From NCBI GenBank assembly GCA_963830365.1, contig CAWHMU010000040.1, positions 1 to 64,000 of the forward strand: 64,000 nt of DNA. The letters run 5' to 3'. This document shows positions 31,028 to 41,521 of this stretch, piece by piece (the first letter of the stretch is position 1; each line of letters begins with the position of its first letter). The translations under genes and the position numbers were made by a program. Below the pieces are notes generated by a model. It was not told the DNA's origin. It saw nothing but the letters and a program-made list of their open reading frames with translations, and made no database searches. This stretch comes from an uncultured Chlamydiae bacterium. Lineage in GTDB: Bacteria; Chlamydiota; Chlamydiia; Chlamydiales; Parachlamydiaceae.

Positions 31028-32071
31028 TTAGCAGATGCGGGGCAGCTGGTCTCCCACTAACCGGTAAAGATAGCGCTCGCTGCCGAAGGCGTTTTTCAGT
31101 ATTGCATTGGGGGACGTCGATGCTGCCGCCACCTGTCCGATAATGCCGGCCTGCCGCCCATCGTCAAAGGTGCGCATGATGTCCACGGCTTGGCTCGCCA
31201 TCCTTTGCGGCATAAAGGCGACAAAACGTCCTTCATTGGCCACAAATAGGGGATCGAAGCCCAAAATCTCGCAGGCGCTATCGACAGCTTCGCTGACGGC
31301 GATGGCCTCCTCTTCGATGATAAAATCTTTGCTTGCTGTCTCGGCCAGCTCCACCAGGGCGGTGGCCAACCCGCCGCGCGTCAGGTCGCGCATGCAGTGC
31401 ACCGTGATGCCGGCGTCGAATAAGGCCTTGACCATCGGGAACAGGCAGGCGCAATCGCTGCTTAAGGGGGAAGCAAATGCCAACCCTTCCCGCTGTGCCA
31501 TGATGGCCATGCCGTGGCGGCCAATGTCGCCGCTGATAAGGATGGCATCGCCATCTTGGATCTGATAGGGATTGATGGCGTAATCGACCATGCTGATCCC
31601 GATGCCGGTGGTGTTGATGAAGATATTGTTGCCGGCCTGCCTTTCGATGACCTTGGTATCGCCCGCCACGATCTGCACACCATGGGCATCTACTTCCGCT
31701 TTCATAGACGCCACGATACGCTTTAGGTCGGTCTGCAAAAACCCCTCTTCAATGATGAAGCCGCAGCTCAAATAGCGCGGTCTGGCCCCGCACATCGCCA
31801 GATCATTAAGCGTGCCCGTCACCGCCAGCTTGCCAATATCGCCGCCGGGGAAAAACACCGGCTGCACGACATAGGAATCGGTGGTGAAGACGATTTTCCC
31901 TGCCGGCATATCAAGCAGGGCGCCGTCATGCAGCATCTCCAACTTGTCATTGGCAAAGGCCGGCAGGAAAATCTGCTGGATCAGTCGGCTGGTGTGTTTG
32001 CCGCCACTGCCATGGGCAAGGGTGATCACCTGGTCGTCGGCAGTGGCAACAGGGCATGTGGCGTTGAGCAT
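31028..32071 (-). CDS. hypE: Hydrogenase maturation carbamoyl dehydratase
   Basis: LAHGSGG, TTDSYVVQP.FFPGGDIG, DLTRGG and C-terminal LPRIC. Confidence 0.97.
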   Translation of the reverse strand: MLNATCPVATADDQVITLAHGSGGKHTSRLIQQIFLPAFANDKLEMLHDGALLDMPAGKIVFTTDSYVVQPVFFPGGDIGKLAVTGTLNDLAMCGARPRYLSCGFIIEEGFLQTDLKRIVASMKAEVDAHGVQIVAGDTKVIERQAGNNIFINTTGIGISMVDYAINPYQIQDGDAILISGDIGRHGMAIMAQREGLAFASPLSSDCACLFPMVKALFDAGITVHCMRDLTRGGLATALVELAETASKDFIIEEEAIAVSEAVDSACEILGFDPLFVANEGRFVAFMPQRMASQAVDIMRTFDDGRQAGIIGQVAAASTSPNAILKNAFGSERYLYRLVGDQLPRIC

Positions 32072-32083
32072 AGACAGATGTCC

Positions 32084-33178
32084 TTAAGAAGTTTTCAAGC
32101 GTGAATAATGGTAATAGGCGGCGCAGGCGCCTTCATTGGATACCATGGGCGCTCCAAACGGTGTTTCCGGCGTGCATTGTTTGCCGAACAACGGGCATTC
32201 ACCGGGCCTCTTTTTCCCCTGCAGCACCAGACCGCTGATGCAGCCATTATCCTTGGCTGCCCCATGCCCATGGTAAGGGAATGTCAAGGCGGCATCATAG
32301 CCGGCATAGTCTTCCTGCAGTCCAAATCCGCTGGCGGCGATATGGCCGATGCCACGCCAGGGGCGGTCGACGACCTTAAACACGCGATTTAAAATGTCGA
32401 TGGCGGGCAGGTTGCCTTCTTCACGCACGCAGCGCAGGTATTGGTTGGTGACGCGGCTTTCCCCCTTCTCCAGCTGTTCGATGCAATAATAAAGTCCTTG
32501 CAGAATATCCAAGGGCTCAAATCCCGTGATCACAATGGGGACCTTGTACTCATCAGCCAAGCGGTGGTATTGGCTGTAGCCTGTGATCGTACACACATGG
32601 CCGGCCGCCAAAAATCCCTGCACCTGGCTGTCTTGCGACTGCATGATGTATTGCAGGGCGGGAGGTACCAGCACATGCGAGACAAGCAGCGAGAAGTTTT
32701 TTAGATTCTTCCGTTTGGCTATAAAGGCCGCCATGGCATTGGCAGGGGCCGTGGTTTCAAAGCCGACGGCAAAGAAGACCACCTGCTGGTGCGCATTTTC
32801 CTCGGCCAGTCTGACAGCATCAAGCGGAGAGTGTACAATGCGCACGTCGGCGCCTTTCGCCTTTAGCGTCAGCAGGTCGGTATGGGTGCCGGGAACGCGC
32901 AGCATATCGCCAAAAGAACAAAGGATTGTCCCCGCCTGCATGGCGATGTGAAGGGCATGGTCGATGATGCTGATCGGCGTGACGCAGACTGGACAGCCCG
33001 GCCCGTGAATCAGGCGGATTTTTTCCGGCAGCAGGGCCTGCAGGCCGAACTTTACGATGGCATGGGTCTGTCCGCCACAGACTTCCATGATCGACCAGGG
33101 CTTTGTCGTGATGCCATGCAGGGCGTCCGCCCATTTGCGCACCAGCTTGGCCTGACGATATTCGTCAACATATTTCAT
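32084..33178 (-). CDS. hypD: Hydrogenase formation protein
   Basis: [44 protein letters not shown]. Confidence 0.97.
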   Translation of the reverse strand: MKYVDEYRQAKLVRKWADALHGITTKPWSIMEVCGGQTHAIVKFGLQALLPEKIRLIHGPGCPVCVTPISIIDHALHIAMQAGTILCSFGDMLRVPGTHTDLLTLKAKGADVRIVHSPLDAVRLAEENAHQQVVFFAVGFETTAPANAMAAFIAKRKNLKNFSLLVSHVLVPPALQYIMQSQDSQVQGFLAAGHVCTITGYSQYHRLADEYKVPIVITGFEPLDILQGLYYCIEQLEKGESRVTNQYLRCVREEGNLPAIDILNRVFKVVDRPWRGIGHIAASGFGLQEDYAGYDAALTFPYHGHGAAKDNGCISGLVLQGKKRPGECPLFGKQCTPETPFGAPMVSNEGACAAYYHYSRLKTS

Positions 33179-33399
33179 AGCTGCACCTCTTCGACCAAGG
33201 CTAATGTCGCTTTCGCGTACGCTTCATCGAGAATGCTGATGGCAAACCCCACATGTACAATGACATAGTCGCCAACTTTGGCTGTCGGCGTGTATGCCAG
33301 GCATACGGTTTTTAGCACACCGGAGAAGTCGATCTCCCCCATGGCAAGGTCCCCTTCATGTGTGATCGTCAAGATTTTACCGGGCAGGGCAAGGCACAT
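33175..33399 (-). CDS. hypC: Hydrogenase assembly chaperone
   Basis: [10 protein letters not shown]-terminus and [13 protein letters not shown]. Confidence 0.97.
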   Translation of the reverse strand: MCLALPGKILTITHEGDLAMGEIDFSGVLKTVCLAYTPTAKVGDYVIVHVGFAISILDEAYAKATLALVEEVQL

Positions 33400-33460
33400 T
33401 TCGTATTCCTTCGTTATATGCAGACACTACAGCAGGATGCATCAATTCATGGCAAGGCAC

Positions 33461-33713
33461 AATTTTACCAAAGAGGCACCGAGACACATAGAAAGAATAA
33501 TCCGATTTATATAATCGATAATCAACGGGATATAAAGCACACGTTAAACCCTCAATTTTGGAGCGCGGATACTGGTCTCCGCATTCCAACTCGGCCTAGC
33601 AATATTTCCAATCAGAGTTATGCATTTCTTTAAGATTATGGCATTGTTAGCACTTTAACCTATCTCAGCGCAAGCCTATTTCTCCCTGTGCCTCGGCGCC
33701 TCGGTGGTGAATT
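33461..33713. repeat. Degenerate family E palindromic element in the hypF-hypC gap
   Basis: Left arm AATTTTACCAAAGAGGCACCGAGACACATAG (33461) and right arm CTGTGCCTCGGCGCCTCGGTGGTGAATT (to 33713) match the arms at 26920-27085. Confidence 0.75.
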
Positions 33714-33720
33714 CTTACAG

Positions 33721-36000
33721 CTATTCCATCCGCAACGCTCCTACCAGCTGCCCGACGGCCAGGCCGCCATCGTTGGGAGGAATAGCACCATGCCAATGGG
33801 GTCTAAAACCTGCCTTTTTCAACTTATCAACGGCTAGCTCTACCAACATTTTATTTTGCATGATCCCTCCTGTCAGCAACACATGCTCCTGACCGGCTAT
33901 GCGGGAAATAGCGACGATGCATTCTGCCAATGCTTCATGAAAGCCCATAGCGATATCGGCAATCGCCGCGCCCATGCCCTTATCGTGCATCATCTGCCGA
34001 AGCATCGGCCGCCAGTCCATCAACCACAGCTCCTTGTCCTTGAGCAGCGGGATGCGATAACCTACCGCCCTGCCCTTTGCTTCATAGGCCACGCCCTCCA
34101 AAGCCATCGGCGCCTGCCCTTCAAAGCTGCTGCTTTCGCAGCAGCCTAGCAAAGCGCTAACGGCATCAAAAAGACGCCCCATGCTACTGCACAGTGGCGC
34201 ATGCAGGTCTTTAGTTAAGGCTTGCACTAAGACAGGCAGCTCTGCTGGCGTAAACATCTCGCCAAGCCGTGGCCGGCAGGCATCAAAGAATCTTCCATCG
34301 CGGAATGCATGCAAAGCTCCCAAGGCCGAACGGCGGGGTTCACGCACGGCCTTATCACCGCCCGGCAACCTGAAGGGATAGAGGCTGGCCAGTCTCCGCA
34401 TACCGTTGCCTGCTACCAAAAAAGCCTCTCCACCCCATATCGTGCCGTCATCGCCGAAACCGGTGCCATCCCATGCCAGGCTGAAAAATGGCGGCTTTAA
34501 ACCGCTATCTATCATGCCAGACCATACATGGGCCTCGTGATGCTGGATGGCCGATGATGGCAGCTGGCGCCTCTGTAGGTAATGGTTTGTATGGTAGGCG
34601 GGATGCTTGTCGCTTACACCCTTTGCCGGTGCGATGGCCAGCAAATTTTCCCACTTTGCGACTTCCTTCTCATAGGCCCGGCAGGTAGCTGCCGTCTCCA
34701 GATCGCCGATATGCTGGCTCATGTAGATCATGCTTTTCTTTTTAAGGGCGAAGCTGCTTTTCTGCTGGCTGCCGGCTGCAAATAAAGATAGTGATGCCTC
34801 GACGGCCAGTCTGTCAGGAAGCGGAATAGCATAGGGAATATAACCGCGGGCGCGGCGCAACACGACCGGCCGCTCGGCAATGACATGCACAATGGAATCA
34901 TCAAGACGGTGGCTGATGCGGCGGTTATGGACCAAAAAGGCATCGGCCACCTGTGATAGCTGCGCTAAGGCCTCAGCTTCACTGATGCATAGAGGATTGC
35001 CGGAAAGGTTGCCGCTGGTGGCGACGAGCGGCAAGTCCAGGGCGTTTTGCAAAAGCAGCTGCAAGGCGTTATGGGGGAGCATCACACCGTAGTAAGGACT
35101 GCCAGCAGCCACCAGAGGTGAGATGCCGTGTACCTTCCCCTTCTTTTTCACCAGCACAATAGGGGCGGCGGCAGATGTCAATAGTTGTTCGGCAATAGGG
35201 CAGATATGGGCAATCAGCTTAATCCTGGCAAGGGTTGGCATAAGCATGGCGAAGGGTTTGCCGGCGCGATGCTTCACTAGGCGCAGCCTGCTGACGGCGG
35301 CATCGCTGGTGGCGTCCACGAGAAGTTGATAGCCGCCGGTATTTTTGACAGCGACGATCTTCCCTTGTTGCAATAAATTCACAGCCGCGCTGATAGCGCT
35401 ATTTTTATCCGCCAGAGCCCTGCCGGCAGGGTCCATCAATTGCAGCTGCGGTCCGCACTGGGGACAGCAATTAGTCTGGGAATAAAACCTTCGGTCTGCC
35501 GGGTTGGCATATTCATGCTCACACTCCCCGCACATACTGAAATCTGCCATGGTCGTATTCAGACGGTCGAAGGGCATGCCCAAAAACAGGCTGAACCTCG
35601 GCCCACAGCTGATGCAATGCAAAAATGGATAGTGATAGCGGCGGTTATCAGGGTCGCATAGTTCTGCTATGCATTGCGGGCACATCGCCGTGTCCGGCAG
35701 CAAGGCCAGGGAGGTGTCGGCTTCACTTCGGCTGCCCTTTATTTCAAAGCTGCTGACCTCATCACAAACAGCCATTTCTGTTTTGATCTCAGCGATCTTG
35801 GCCCCGACGGGTTTTTTAGAAAGCAAATCCTTTTGAAAATTGGTGAGTGCATTCTCTTCACCCTGCACATCGATCGCCACGCCGGCAGTAGTATTGCTGA
35901 TGCTGCCCGCGAGATGGTACTGCCGGGCCAGTCGGTAGACAAAAGGCCTAAAACCCACGCCCTGCACACAGCCGGAAATTTTAATGATGAGCCTTTGCAT
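33721..36000 (-). CDS. hypF: Carbamoyltransferase
   Basis: VQGVGFRPFV acylphosphatase domain, zinc fingers, RRARGY, QHHEAH, DGTGFG, PPNDGGLAVGQ. Confidence 0.97.
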   Translation of the reverse strand: MQRLIIKISGCVQGVGFRPFVYRLARQYHLAGSISNTTAGVAIDVQGEENALTNFQKDLLSKKPVGAKIAEIKTEMAVCDEVSSFEIKGSRSEADTSLALLPDTAMCPQCIAELCDPDNRRYHYPFLHCISCGPRFSLFLGMPFDRLNTTMADFSMCGECEHEYANPADRRFYSQTNCCPQCGPQLQLMDPAGRALADKNSAISAAVNLLQQGKIVAVKNTGGYQLLVDATSDAAVSRLRLVKHRAGKPFAMLMPTLARIKLIAHICPIAEQLLTSAAAPIVLVKKKGKVHGISPLVAAGSPYYGVMLPHNALQLLLQNALDLPLVATSGNLSGNPLCISEAEALAQLSQVADAFLVHNRRISHRLDDSIVHVIAERPVVLRRARGYIPYAIPLPDRLAVEASLSLFAAGSQQKSSFALKKKSMIYMSQHIGDLETAATCRAYEKEVAKWENLLAIAPAKGVSDKHPAYHTNHYLQRRQLPSSAIQHHEAHVWSGMIDSGLKPPFFSLAWDGTGFGDDGTIWGGEAFLVAGNGMRRLASLYPFRLPGGDKAVREPRRSALGALHAFRDGRFFDACRPRLGEMFTPAELPVLVQALTKDLHAPLCSSMGRLFDAVSALLGCCESSSFEGQAPMALEGVAYEAKGRAVGYRIPLLKDKELWLMDWRPMLRQMMHDKGMGAAIADIAMGFHEALAECIVAISRIAGQEHVLLTGGIMQNKMLVELAVDKLKKAGFRPHWHGAIPPNDGGLAVGQLVGALRME

Positions 36001-36003
36001 TGT

Positions 36004-36267
36004 TCAGTCGGCAATGTCGATGCTTTTCAGCAAAACCACCTGGGCATTGGGATCGGATATGTCCTGGGATTCCTCAGCCTCGATATCGGCATTTTCGGCG
36101 ATGGTGCCGCGGGCGGCGATATCGAAATGCTCTTTGAAATGCGATGGCGACATATGGGACAAAGCCCCCAGCTGTACCGAGACTTTGGTCACTTTTTTGG
36201 CCTGCTGTTCCTTTGCCAACTCTAGGATCTTATTGATCAATTTATTGATCAGATTGTATTCATGCAT
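36004..36267 (-). CDS. hypA: HypA-like nickel chaperone, short form lacking both CxxC motifs
   Basis: Starts MHE at 36267, followed by KVTKVSVQLGALS. 87 aa with no cysteine. Confidence 0.85.
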   Translation of the reverse strand: MHEYNLINKLINKILELAKEQQAKKVTKVSVQLGALSHMSPSHFKEHFDIAARGTIAENADIEAEESQDISDPNAQVVLLKSIDIAD

Positions 36268-36721
36268 GGCTGATATCCTCTTCCTGCAACAGCGCTTCGG
36301 CGACTTTTTCAACGGCCTGTGCGACAGCCGGCGTCATAGCATCGTTCATAGTGAAATTATCGCCGTTAATGCCGTAAATGATCAGCTTGGCAGGCAGTGA
36401 ACCCAGATTTTTGGCAATGGCCATAGCCTGCGATACGCCCAATCCATGTGTCGATGTCTGGGTGTTTTCGGCCGGCAATGGCTGCAGCTGCCCGTCAATG
36501 CGCTCCCATGTGCCGGCGGCAGCGTCGGCACAGCAGGCGTCGACGATATACACCGTCTTGTAGCCGGCAAAAACATCCAACAGCTCCGACACATCGCCTC
36601 TTTGCTTTTTAAGATCTACCGAGGCTTTGACCTTGCCTTCCAACCTGTCGATGACGGCAAAGCCTGCGGCATCATCGCCGCGGAATGGATTGCCTATGCC
36701 TAAAATGATGATATCACTCAT
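36260..36721 (-). CDS. Hydrogenase maturation endopeptidase
   Basis: [25 protein letters not shown]. Confidence 0.93.
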   Translation of the reverse strand: MSDIIILGIGNPFRGDDAAGFAVIDRLEGKVKASVDLKKQRGDVSELLDVFAGYKTVYIVDACCADAAAGTWERIDGQLQPLPAENTQTSTHGLGVSQAMAIAKNLGSLPAKLIIYGINGDNFTMNDAMTPAVAQAVEKVAEALLQEEDISHA

Positions 36722-38072
36722 GAATACGCTCCAGTTTAAGAAAATGTGCCGAGCAGGAAATGCAAGGGTCGTAATTGCGAATCGCCTGTTCGCATTTCCA
36801 AATCAGCGCCTGATCAGGCATCGTCAAATTTCGGCTCACAAAGTCTTGCAAATCTTCCTCAATAGTTTTTTGATTCTGCGAGGTGGGAGGGACGATTTTG
36901 GCGTCATCGATGAGGCCCTTGTCATTGAGCCGATAACGGTGATACAACAGTCCCCTTGGCGCCTCGGTGACGCCGTAACCTGTCGCAGCCCTTCTTTCAA
37001 CACCTACTGCCGACGGCCGGTTTTCCCCGTCATAGGCTGCAATGATGCGCAGCGCCTCGTCACAGGCAAAAAGTATTTCCAGCGCGCGAATGATGATACT
37101 GCGAAACGGGTTGCAGCAGTAGTCCTCAAAATCAATCTGCCTGATCATCTCTTTAACGGCAACCGGCAGGTTGTGGCGGTTGAGGTTGTAGCGCGCCATC
37201 GGACCCACCAGGTATGAACCCCTGCCTTTGATGATGGACTGCAAGGCATGGCTGTATGGGACCTGGAACTCTTCAAACTTATTGTCATAGTCGCCTGCCG
37301 CGATATCGAGTCCGGCCGTGGATGCGATCCTCCCCCTTGTCATCGGATATTCGGTGGGATGGGACAAGGCGACACATTCATATGGACGTTCGAGGTGAGG
37401 GAAATCAAAACGACTGACCCACTCCACGGTAGCGCGGGCGTCATCGCACGCCTGCTTTAAGATGTCGACCAATGTCAGCAATTGCGCCTGCTGCGGCAGC
37501 CGGTAGAAGCCTCCCACCTTGACGTTGATGGGGTGGATTTCCCTGCCTCCCACCAGGCGGATGATTTCATTGCCGGCTTTTTTCAAGCGCAAGCCTTTCT
37601 TGAGGATCTCCTGATGATCCTTGGACATGGCGATGGCATCCCCATAGCCCAAAAAATCAGGGGCATGCAGCATATAGACATGTAAGGTGTGGCTTTCGAT
37701 CCATTCTCCGCAATAGAGCAACCGGCGCAATTGGTGCAGATAATCCGGCACATCCACTCCTAAGGCGTCTTCCATGGCATTGACGGCACTCATCTGGTAA
37801 GCGACAGGACAGATGCCGCAGATTCTGGCGGTGATATCGGGGGCTTCACCAAATTCCCTGCCGCGCAGCAAGGCTTCAAAGAAACGAGGAGGCTCGAATA
37901 TTTTCAGCTTCACATCTTCGATCTGATCCCCTTTGGTCTTGATGTATAGCGCCCCTTCGCCCTCAACGCGCGCCAGATAGTCGACATGCAGCGTGCGCGA
38001 CTTCATCCCGGCCTTGACATTGAGCTTTTTGAGGCTTTCGTCATTGCTTTCGTCATTGCTTTCATTGGTCAT
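36714..38072 (-). CDS. hydA: Group 3b [NiFe]-hydrogenase large (alpha) subunit
   Basis: ARVEGEG, L1 motif [16 protein letters not shown]2 motif [11 protein letters not shown] plus a cleavable C-terminal tail. ATG at 38072. Confidence 0.95.
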   Translation of the reverse strand: MTNESNDESNDESLKKLNVKAGMKSRTLHVDYLARVEGEGALYIKTKGDQIEDVKLKIFEPPRFFEALLRGREFGEAPDITARICGICPVAYQMSAVNAMEDALGVDVPDYLHQLRRLLYCGEWIESHTLHVYMLHAPDFLGYGDAIAMSKDHQEILKKGLRLKKAGNEIIRLVGGREIHPINVKVGGFYRLPQQAQLLTLVDILKQACDDARATVEWVSRFDFPHLERPYECVALSHPTEYPMTRGRIASTAGLDIAAGDYDNKFEEFQVPYSHALQSIIKGRGSYLVGPMARYNLNRHNLPVAVKEMIRQIDFEDYCCNPFRSIIIRALEILFACDEALRIIAAYDGENRPSAVGVERRAATGYGVTEAPRGLLYHRYRLNDKGLIDDAKIVPPTSQNQKTIEEDLQDFVSRNLTMPDQALIWKCEQAIRNYDPCISCSAHFLKLERIHE

Positions 38073-38859
38073 AGTGATCACCTGCTTCTTGAAAAGGGGT
38101 GGCGGCACAATAGTAGGTACTCAACATGCGCTTGATGGAGTCTCCATCGGTATTGAACTCTTTTTCCCACCAGTGCGTCAATGCCAAAGGGTTCGCCGTC
38201 TCTTTTGGCCCATAGCAGCCGTAGCAGCCGCGCCGATAGGCAGGACAAAGGGCGCCGCAGCCTGCATGAGTGACTGGCCCTAGGCAGGGAATGCCATAGG
38301 CCACGGTCACGCAGATATGGCCGTTTTTCTTGCATTCGGTGCATACGCTGCTGCTAGCTATGGCAGGTTTCTTACCCCGGATATAGCTGGTGACGACTTC
38401 TAAAAGCTGATATTTGTTGATAGGACATCCCTGTAATTCATAATCGACTTTCACATGCTGCGATATCGGCGTCGATGTCGCCAGGGTTTTGATATACTCT
38501 GGACGCGCATATACCAACTCCTTATATTCTTCGATATCACCAAAGTTGCGCAAGGCCTGCACGCCGCCGGCGGTGGCACAGGCCCCGATGGTGATCAGCA
38601 CCTTCGACTGTCTGCGCACCTCGTGAATCCTTTCCCTATCGATTTCGGTGGTGATCGATCCCTCGACCAGCGAGATGTCATAGGGGCCGCCAAGCGACAT
38701 CTTCGAAGCTTCAGGAAAATGGCTGATCTGCAAAATTTCCGTCATAGCCAAAAGCTCGTCTTCACAATCCAGCAGCGACAGCTGGCACCCATCGCACGAA
38801 GCAAATTTCCATACGGCGAGCTTGGGAAGGGCGGGTTTTACGAGCGCCAGTTTGTTCAC
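38062..38859 (-). CDS. hydD: Group 3b [NiFe]-hydrogenase small (delta) subunit
   Basis: [25 protein letters not shown]...[15 protein letters not shown]....GCYGC. No Tat signal. Confidence 0.93.
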   Translation of the reverse strand: MNKLALVKPALPKLAVWKFASCDGCQLSLLDCEDELLAMTEILQISHFPEASKMSLGGPYDISLVEGSITTEIDRERIHEVRRQSKVLITIGACATAGGVQALRNFGDIEEYKELVYARPEYIKTLATSTPISQHVKVDYELQGCPINKYQLLEVVTSYIRGKKPAIASSSVCTECKKNGHICVTVAYGIPCLGPVTHAGCGALCPAYRRGCYGCYGPKETANPLALTHWWEKEFNTDGDSIKRMLSTYYCAATPFQEAGDHYDQ

Positions 38860-39675
38860 TTAAAATTCCTTGATGGTTAGGTAGTCTTTCAGCTGCGCAT
38901 AAGAAAAGACTGGGCCGTCTTTGCACATGAAGTAGGGACCATATTGGCAGCGCCCGCAGAAACCCACAGCGCACTGCATATTTCTTTCCATAGAGATATA
39001 GATGCTATTTTCATCGACGCCGGCACCCAAGAGTTCATAGATGGCAAATTGGATCATGATTTCGGGCCCGCAAAGCATGACGAGGGTGTTGTCCGGTTTC
39101 GGCAGGTGCTTGCCTATTAATGCAGTCACCACACCCACCTGCCCTTGCCAATCCGTATCGGCACAATCCAGCGTGACGGCAATGTCCAGGCCCTGCTTCC
39201 GCCATGCTTCGAGGTCATTTTTGTACAGCACATCACCCGCCGTCCTGGCCCCATAGAGCAGGGTGATTTTGTCATATTCATCCGACCGCTCTGCTAGGCC
39301 GAACATGGCCGACCGCAGGGCGCCCAGGCCTATACCACCGGCGATGACGAGTACGTCGCAGTTTTTTTTTGCCAGCGGCCAATGTGAACCGAAGGGGCCG
39401 CGCACGCCTATCTCATCGCCCGGCTGCAGCTTTTGCATGCTGTTGGTGACTCCACCGACGGCGCGGATGGTATGCACCAGCGTTTTACTTTCATGCGGGT
39501 GGCCGCTGATCGAGATGGCGACCTCGCCGAATCCGAACTGGTACAGCATATTAAATTGGCCGGGAAGAAATGGCCGCCGCATTTGATCATCCGGTATTGC
39601 CAAAGCCAGGGTAAAGACATCATGTGTCTCGTGTACAATCGATTGGATTTGATAGGGTTGCGGTATAAGCATCAT
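38860..39675 (-). CDS. hydG: Group 3b hydrogenase gamma subunit (FAD/NAD(P)-binding, 2Fe-2S)
   Basis: PGQFNML, RGPFG, AGGIG, CGPEIM, ERNMQCAVGFCGRCQ...CKDGPVF. Confidence 0.93.
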   Translation of the reverse strand: MMLIPQPYQIQSIVHETHDVFTLALAIPDDQMRRPFLPGQFNMLYQFGFGEVAISISGHPHESKTLVHTIRAVGGVTNSMQKLQPGDEIGVRGPFGSHWPLAKKNCDVLVIAGGIGLGALRSAMFGLAERSDEYDKITLLYGARTAGDVLYKNDLEAWRKQGLDIAVTLDCADTDWQGQVGVVTALIGKHLPKPDNTLVMLCGPEIMIQFAIYELLGAGVDENSIYISMERNMQCAVGFCGRCQYGPYFMCKDGPVFSYAQLKDYLTIKEF

Positions 39676-39740
39676 GCGCCGTTATTATTTTTAGCGGGTG
39701 GCAAACCATTGAGGTCCGGTTTTAACCCTCATTTTGTAAA

Positions 39741-39910
39741 TTCTCAAAAAGTCATGGCACAAGTCTCGGCGGAACGGATTTGGGTCTGGCTTGCGATTTG
39801 CGATTTGAAAGGAGTCTAGCTTCCTAAATGCACTGTAGGACTTTCAAATCACAAATCACAAGCCAGACCCCAATCCTAATTCACCAACCCTCTTCATGAT
39901 TTTTTGAGAA
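39741..39910. repeat. 170 bp palindromic MITE-like element (family F) inside the hydrogenase operon
   Basis: Termini TTCTCAAAAA / TTTTTGAGAA and an internal IR GGATTTGGGTCTGGCTTGCGATTTGCGATTTGAAAG / CTTTCAAATCACAAATCACAAGCCAGACCCCAATCC. Second copy at 8482-8650. Confidence 0.85.
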
Positions 39911-39922
39911 CTTACTTCATTC

Positions 39923-40381
39923 CTATTGATTTCCATATACATCGAGCAAATGCAGCCTTGCGCTTTCTTCGCGCGCCACCAGTATCTGTACAAGGTGTTT
40001 CATTAATTTGAAACCTAAGCCGGGATCTTCCTCGCATTTTTTGCGCAGACAGGAGCCGTCGATGGCGATGGCACGGGTCGGCTGCATGACCTTGGCCGAT
40101 ACGGTCCAGCGGTAAGGAGGGATCAGCCACGACAATCCCAAGACATCGTTTTCCCTTAGCATCTGGAATATGAACGGCTTGCGCGGCGGGATTTCCAAGG
40201 AGATGGCAACTCCCCCATCCGAGATCAAATAAAAATCATTGGCCATATCGCCGGGATTTGCTATCACCTGCCCTTCTTTGAATACCACATTCTTTGCACA
40301 GCCGGTGACAAAAGCCAAATCTTCCGAAGAAAGCCCTTCGAAAAATGAATGGCCGCGGATAAGGTCAATCATTCTTTTCAT
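39923..40381 (-). CDS. Cyclic nucleotide-binding domain protein
   Basis: FFEGLS, F..GQVI...GD.A..FYLI..G.V, LGLSWL. Located between the beta and gamma subunits. Confidence 0.88.
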   Translation of the reverse strand: MKRMIDLIRGHSFFEGLSSEDLAFVTGCAKNVVFKEGQVIANPGDMANDFYLISDGGVAISLEIPPRKPFIFQMLRENDVLGLSWLIPPYRWTVSAKVMQPTRAIAIDGSCLRKKCEEDPGLGFKLMKHLVQILVAREESARLHLLDVYGNQ

Positions 40382-41498
40382 TGTATTCCTGCTGCAGTTT
40401 CGTAAGTTCTTCGGTCACATCAATACCAACCGGACACCAGGTGATGCACCGGCCGCAGCCGACACAGCCCGAGACGCCGAACTGGTCCCACCAGGTGCCA
40501 AACTTATGCGTCAGCCACTGGCGATAGCGCGACTGGGCCGAGGTGCGCACGCTCCCCCCATGGATGTAAGAATGGGATAAATTGAAGCACGACTCCCAGC
40601 TTTGCCAGCGGTCTACTTGCGTGGCATCCAGATTCACCACATCCTCGGTATCTGAGCAAAAGCAGGTGGGACATGCCATCGTGCAATTTGCACAATTGAT
40701 GCACCGTTTGGCAACTTCATCCCACTGCCGGCTGTGCTGGCTGTTCAGCAGCACTTCGTGCACATGCTCATTGTCCACCTTGCGAACCATCTGGTCCTTC
40801 GTCCTCTCCACATGACTGTCGGCCAATTCTTTGTCTGTCGCGCTTGCCGGCGGCAATGCCAGCGCATCGCACAACGCTTGCCCTTCTGGGGAACCGCTGA
40901 CGACCAAAAAATAATGCTGGCTGTCTGTCACCACCTCCGTCAATGCCAGGTCGTAACCATCCTTGTGGGCGGGGCCGGACTGCATGGACACGCAAAAGCA
41001 GGTGCTTGCCGCCGTTGTACAGTTGACGGCCATGATGAAGGTATTATCCCTGCGCCGCTGATACTGCTGATAAATGGCAAGCTTGTTGTTAAAGACCTTG
41101 TCCAGCACGAATATGGCCTGCATCTCACAGGCGCGTACGCCGATGAAAGCCATTTTTTCATCCGCCGGCGCGGTCTCTTCAAGCATTACCAGCTTGTTGT
41201 TTTCCTGTTTGCGTGCCGTCCATAACTTCTCCCTGGGAGGAAATAGATATTTCTTCCAGGAATGTGGCCCCAGATTATATCCGAAATAGGCTTGGTCCGT
41301 GCGGCGCTTGATGCGGTAATGTCCGGGCGCCTGCTCATCGGCCCAGCCTATCGGCAAATCCCTGGCGGACTGCAGCTCATCATAAATGATCACTTCGTCG
41401 CGCACTTTAGGACCCAGCAGCTTGTATCCGCCTTCTTTTATCAAGAGCAGCAGCTCTTCAAACTGCCTAGTCGTGCACTTAAGAAATGTCTTGTCCAT
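40365..41498 (-). CDS. hydB: Group 3b hydrogenase beta subunit (4Fe-4S, AsrA-like)
   Basis: [44 protein letters not shown] at 41498. Confidence 0.93.
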   Translation of the reverse strand: MDKTFLKCTTRQFEELLLLIKEGGYKLLGPKVRDEVIIYDELQSARDLPIGWADEQAPGHYRIKRRTDQAYFGYNLGPHSWKKYLFPPREKLWTARKQENNKLVMLEETAPADEKMAFIGVRACEMQAIFVLDKVFNNKLAIYQQYQRRRDNTFIMAVNCTTAASTCFCVSMQSGPAHKDGYDLALTEVVTDSQHYFLVVSGSPEGQALCDALALPPASATDKELADSHVERTKDQMVRKVDNEHVHEVLLNSQHSRQWDEVAKRCINCANCTMACPTCFCSDTEDVVNLDATQVDRWQSWESCFNLSHSYIHGGSVRTSAQSRYRQWLTHKFGTWWDQFGVSGCVGCGRCITWCPVGIDVTEELTKLQQEYNEKND

Positions 41499-41521
41499 AT
41501 ATCCAAAAAATAATTTTATCG

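Noticed and set aside
33400..33720. hypB remnant in the hypF-hypC gap
   Set aside because: No P-loop or other HypB-like translation is visible, and the gap is explained by a family E element.
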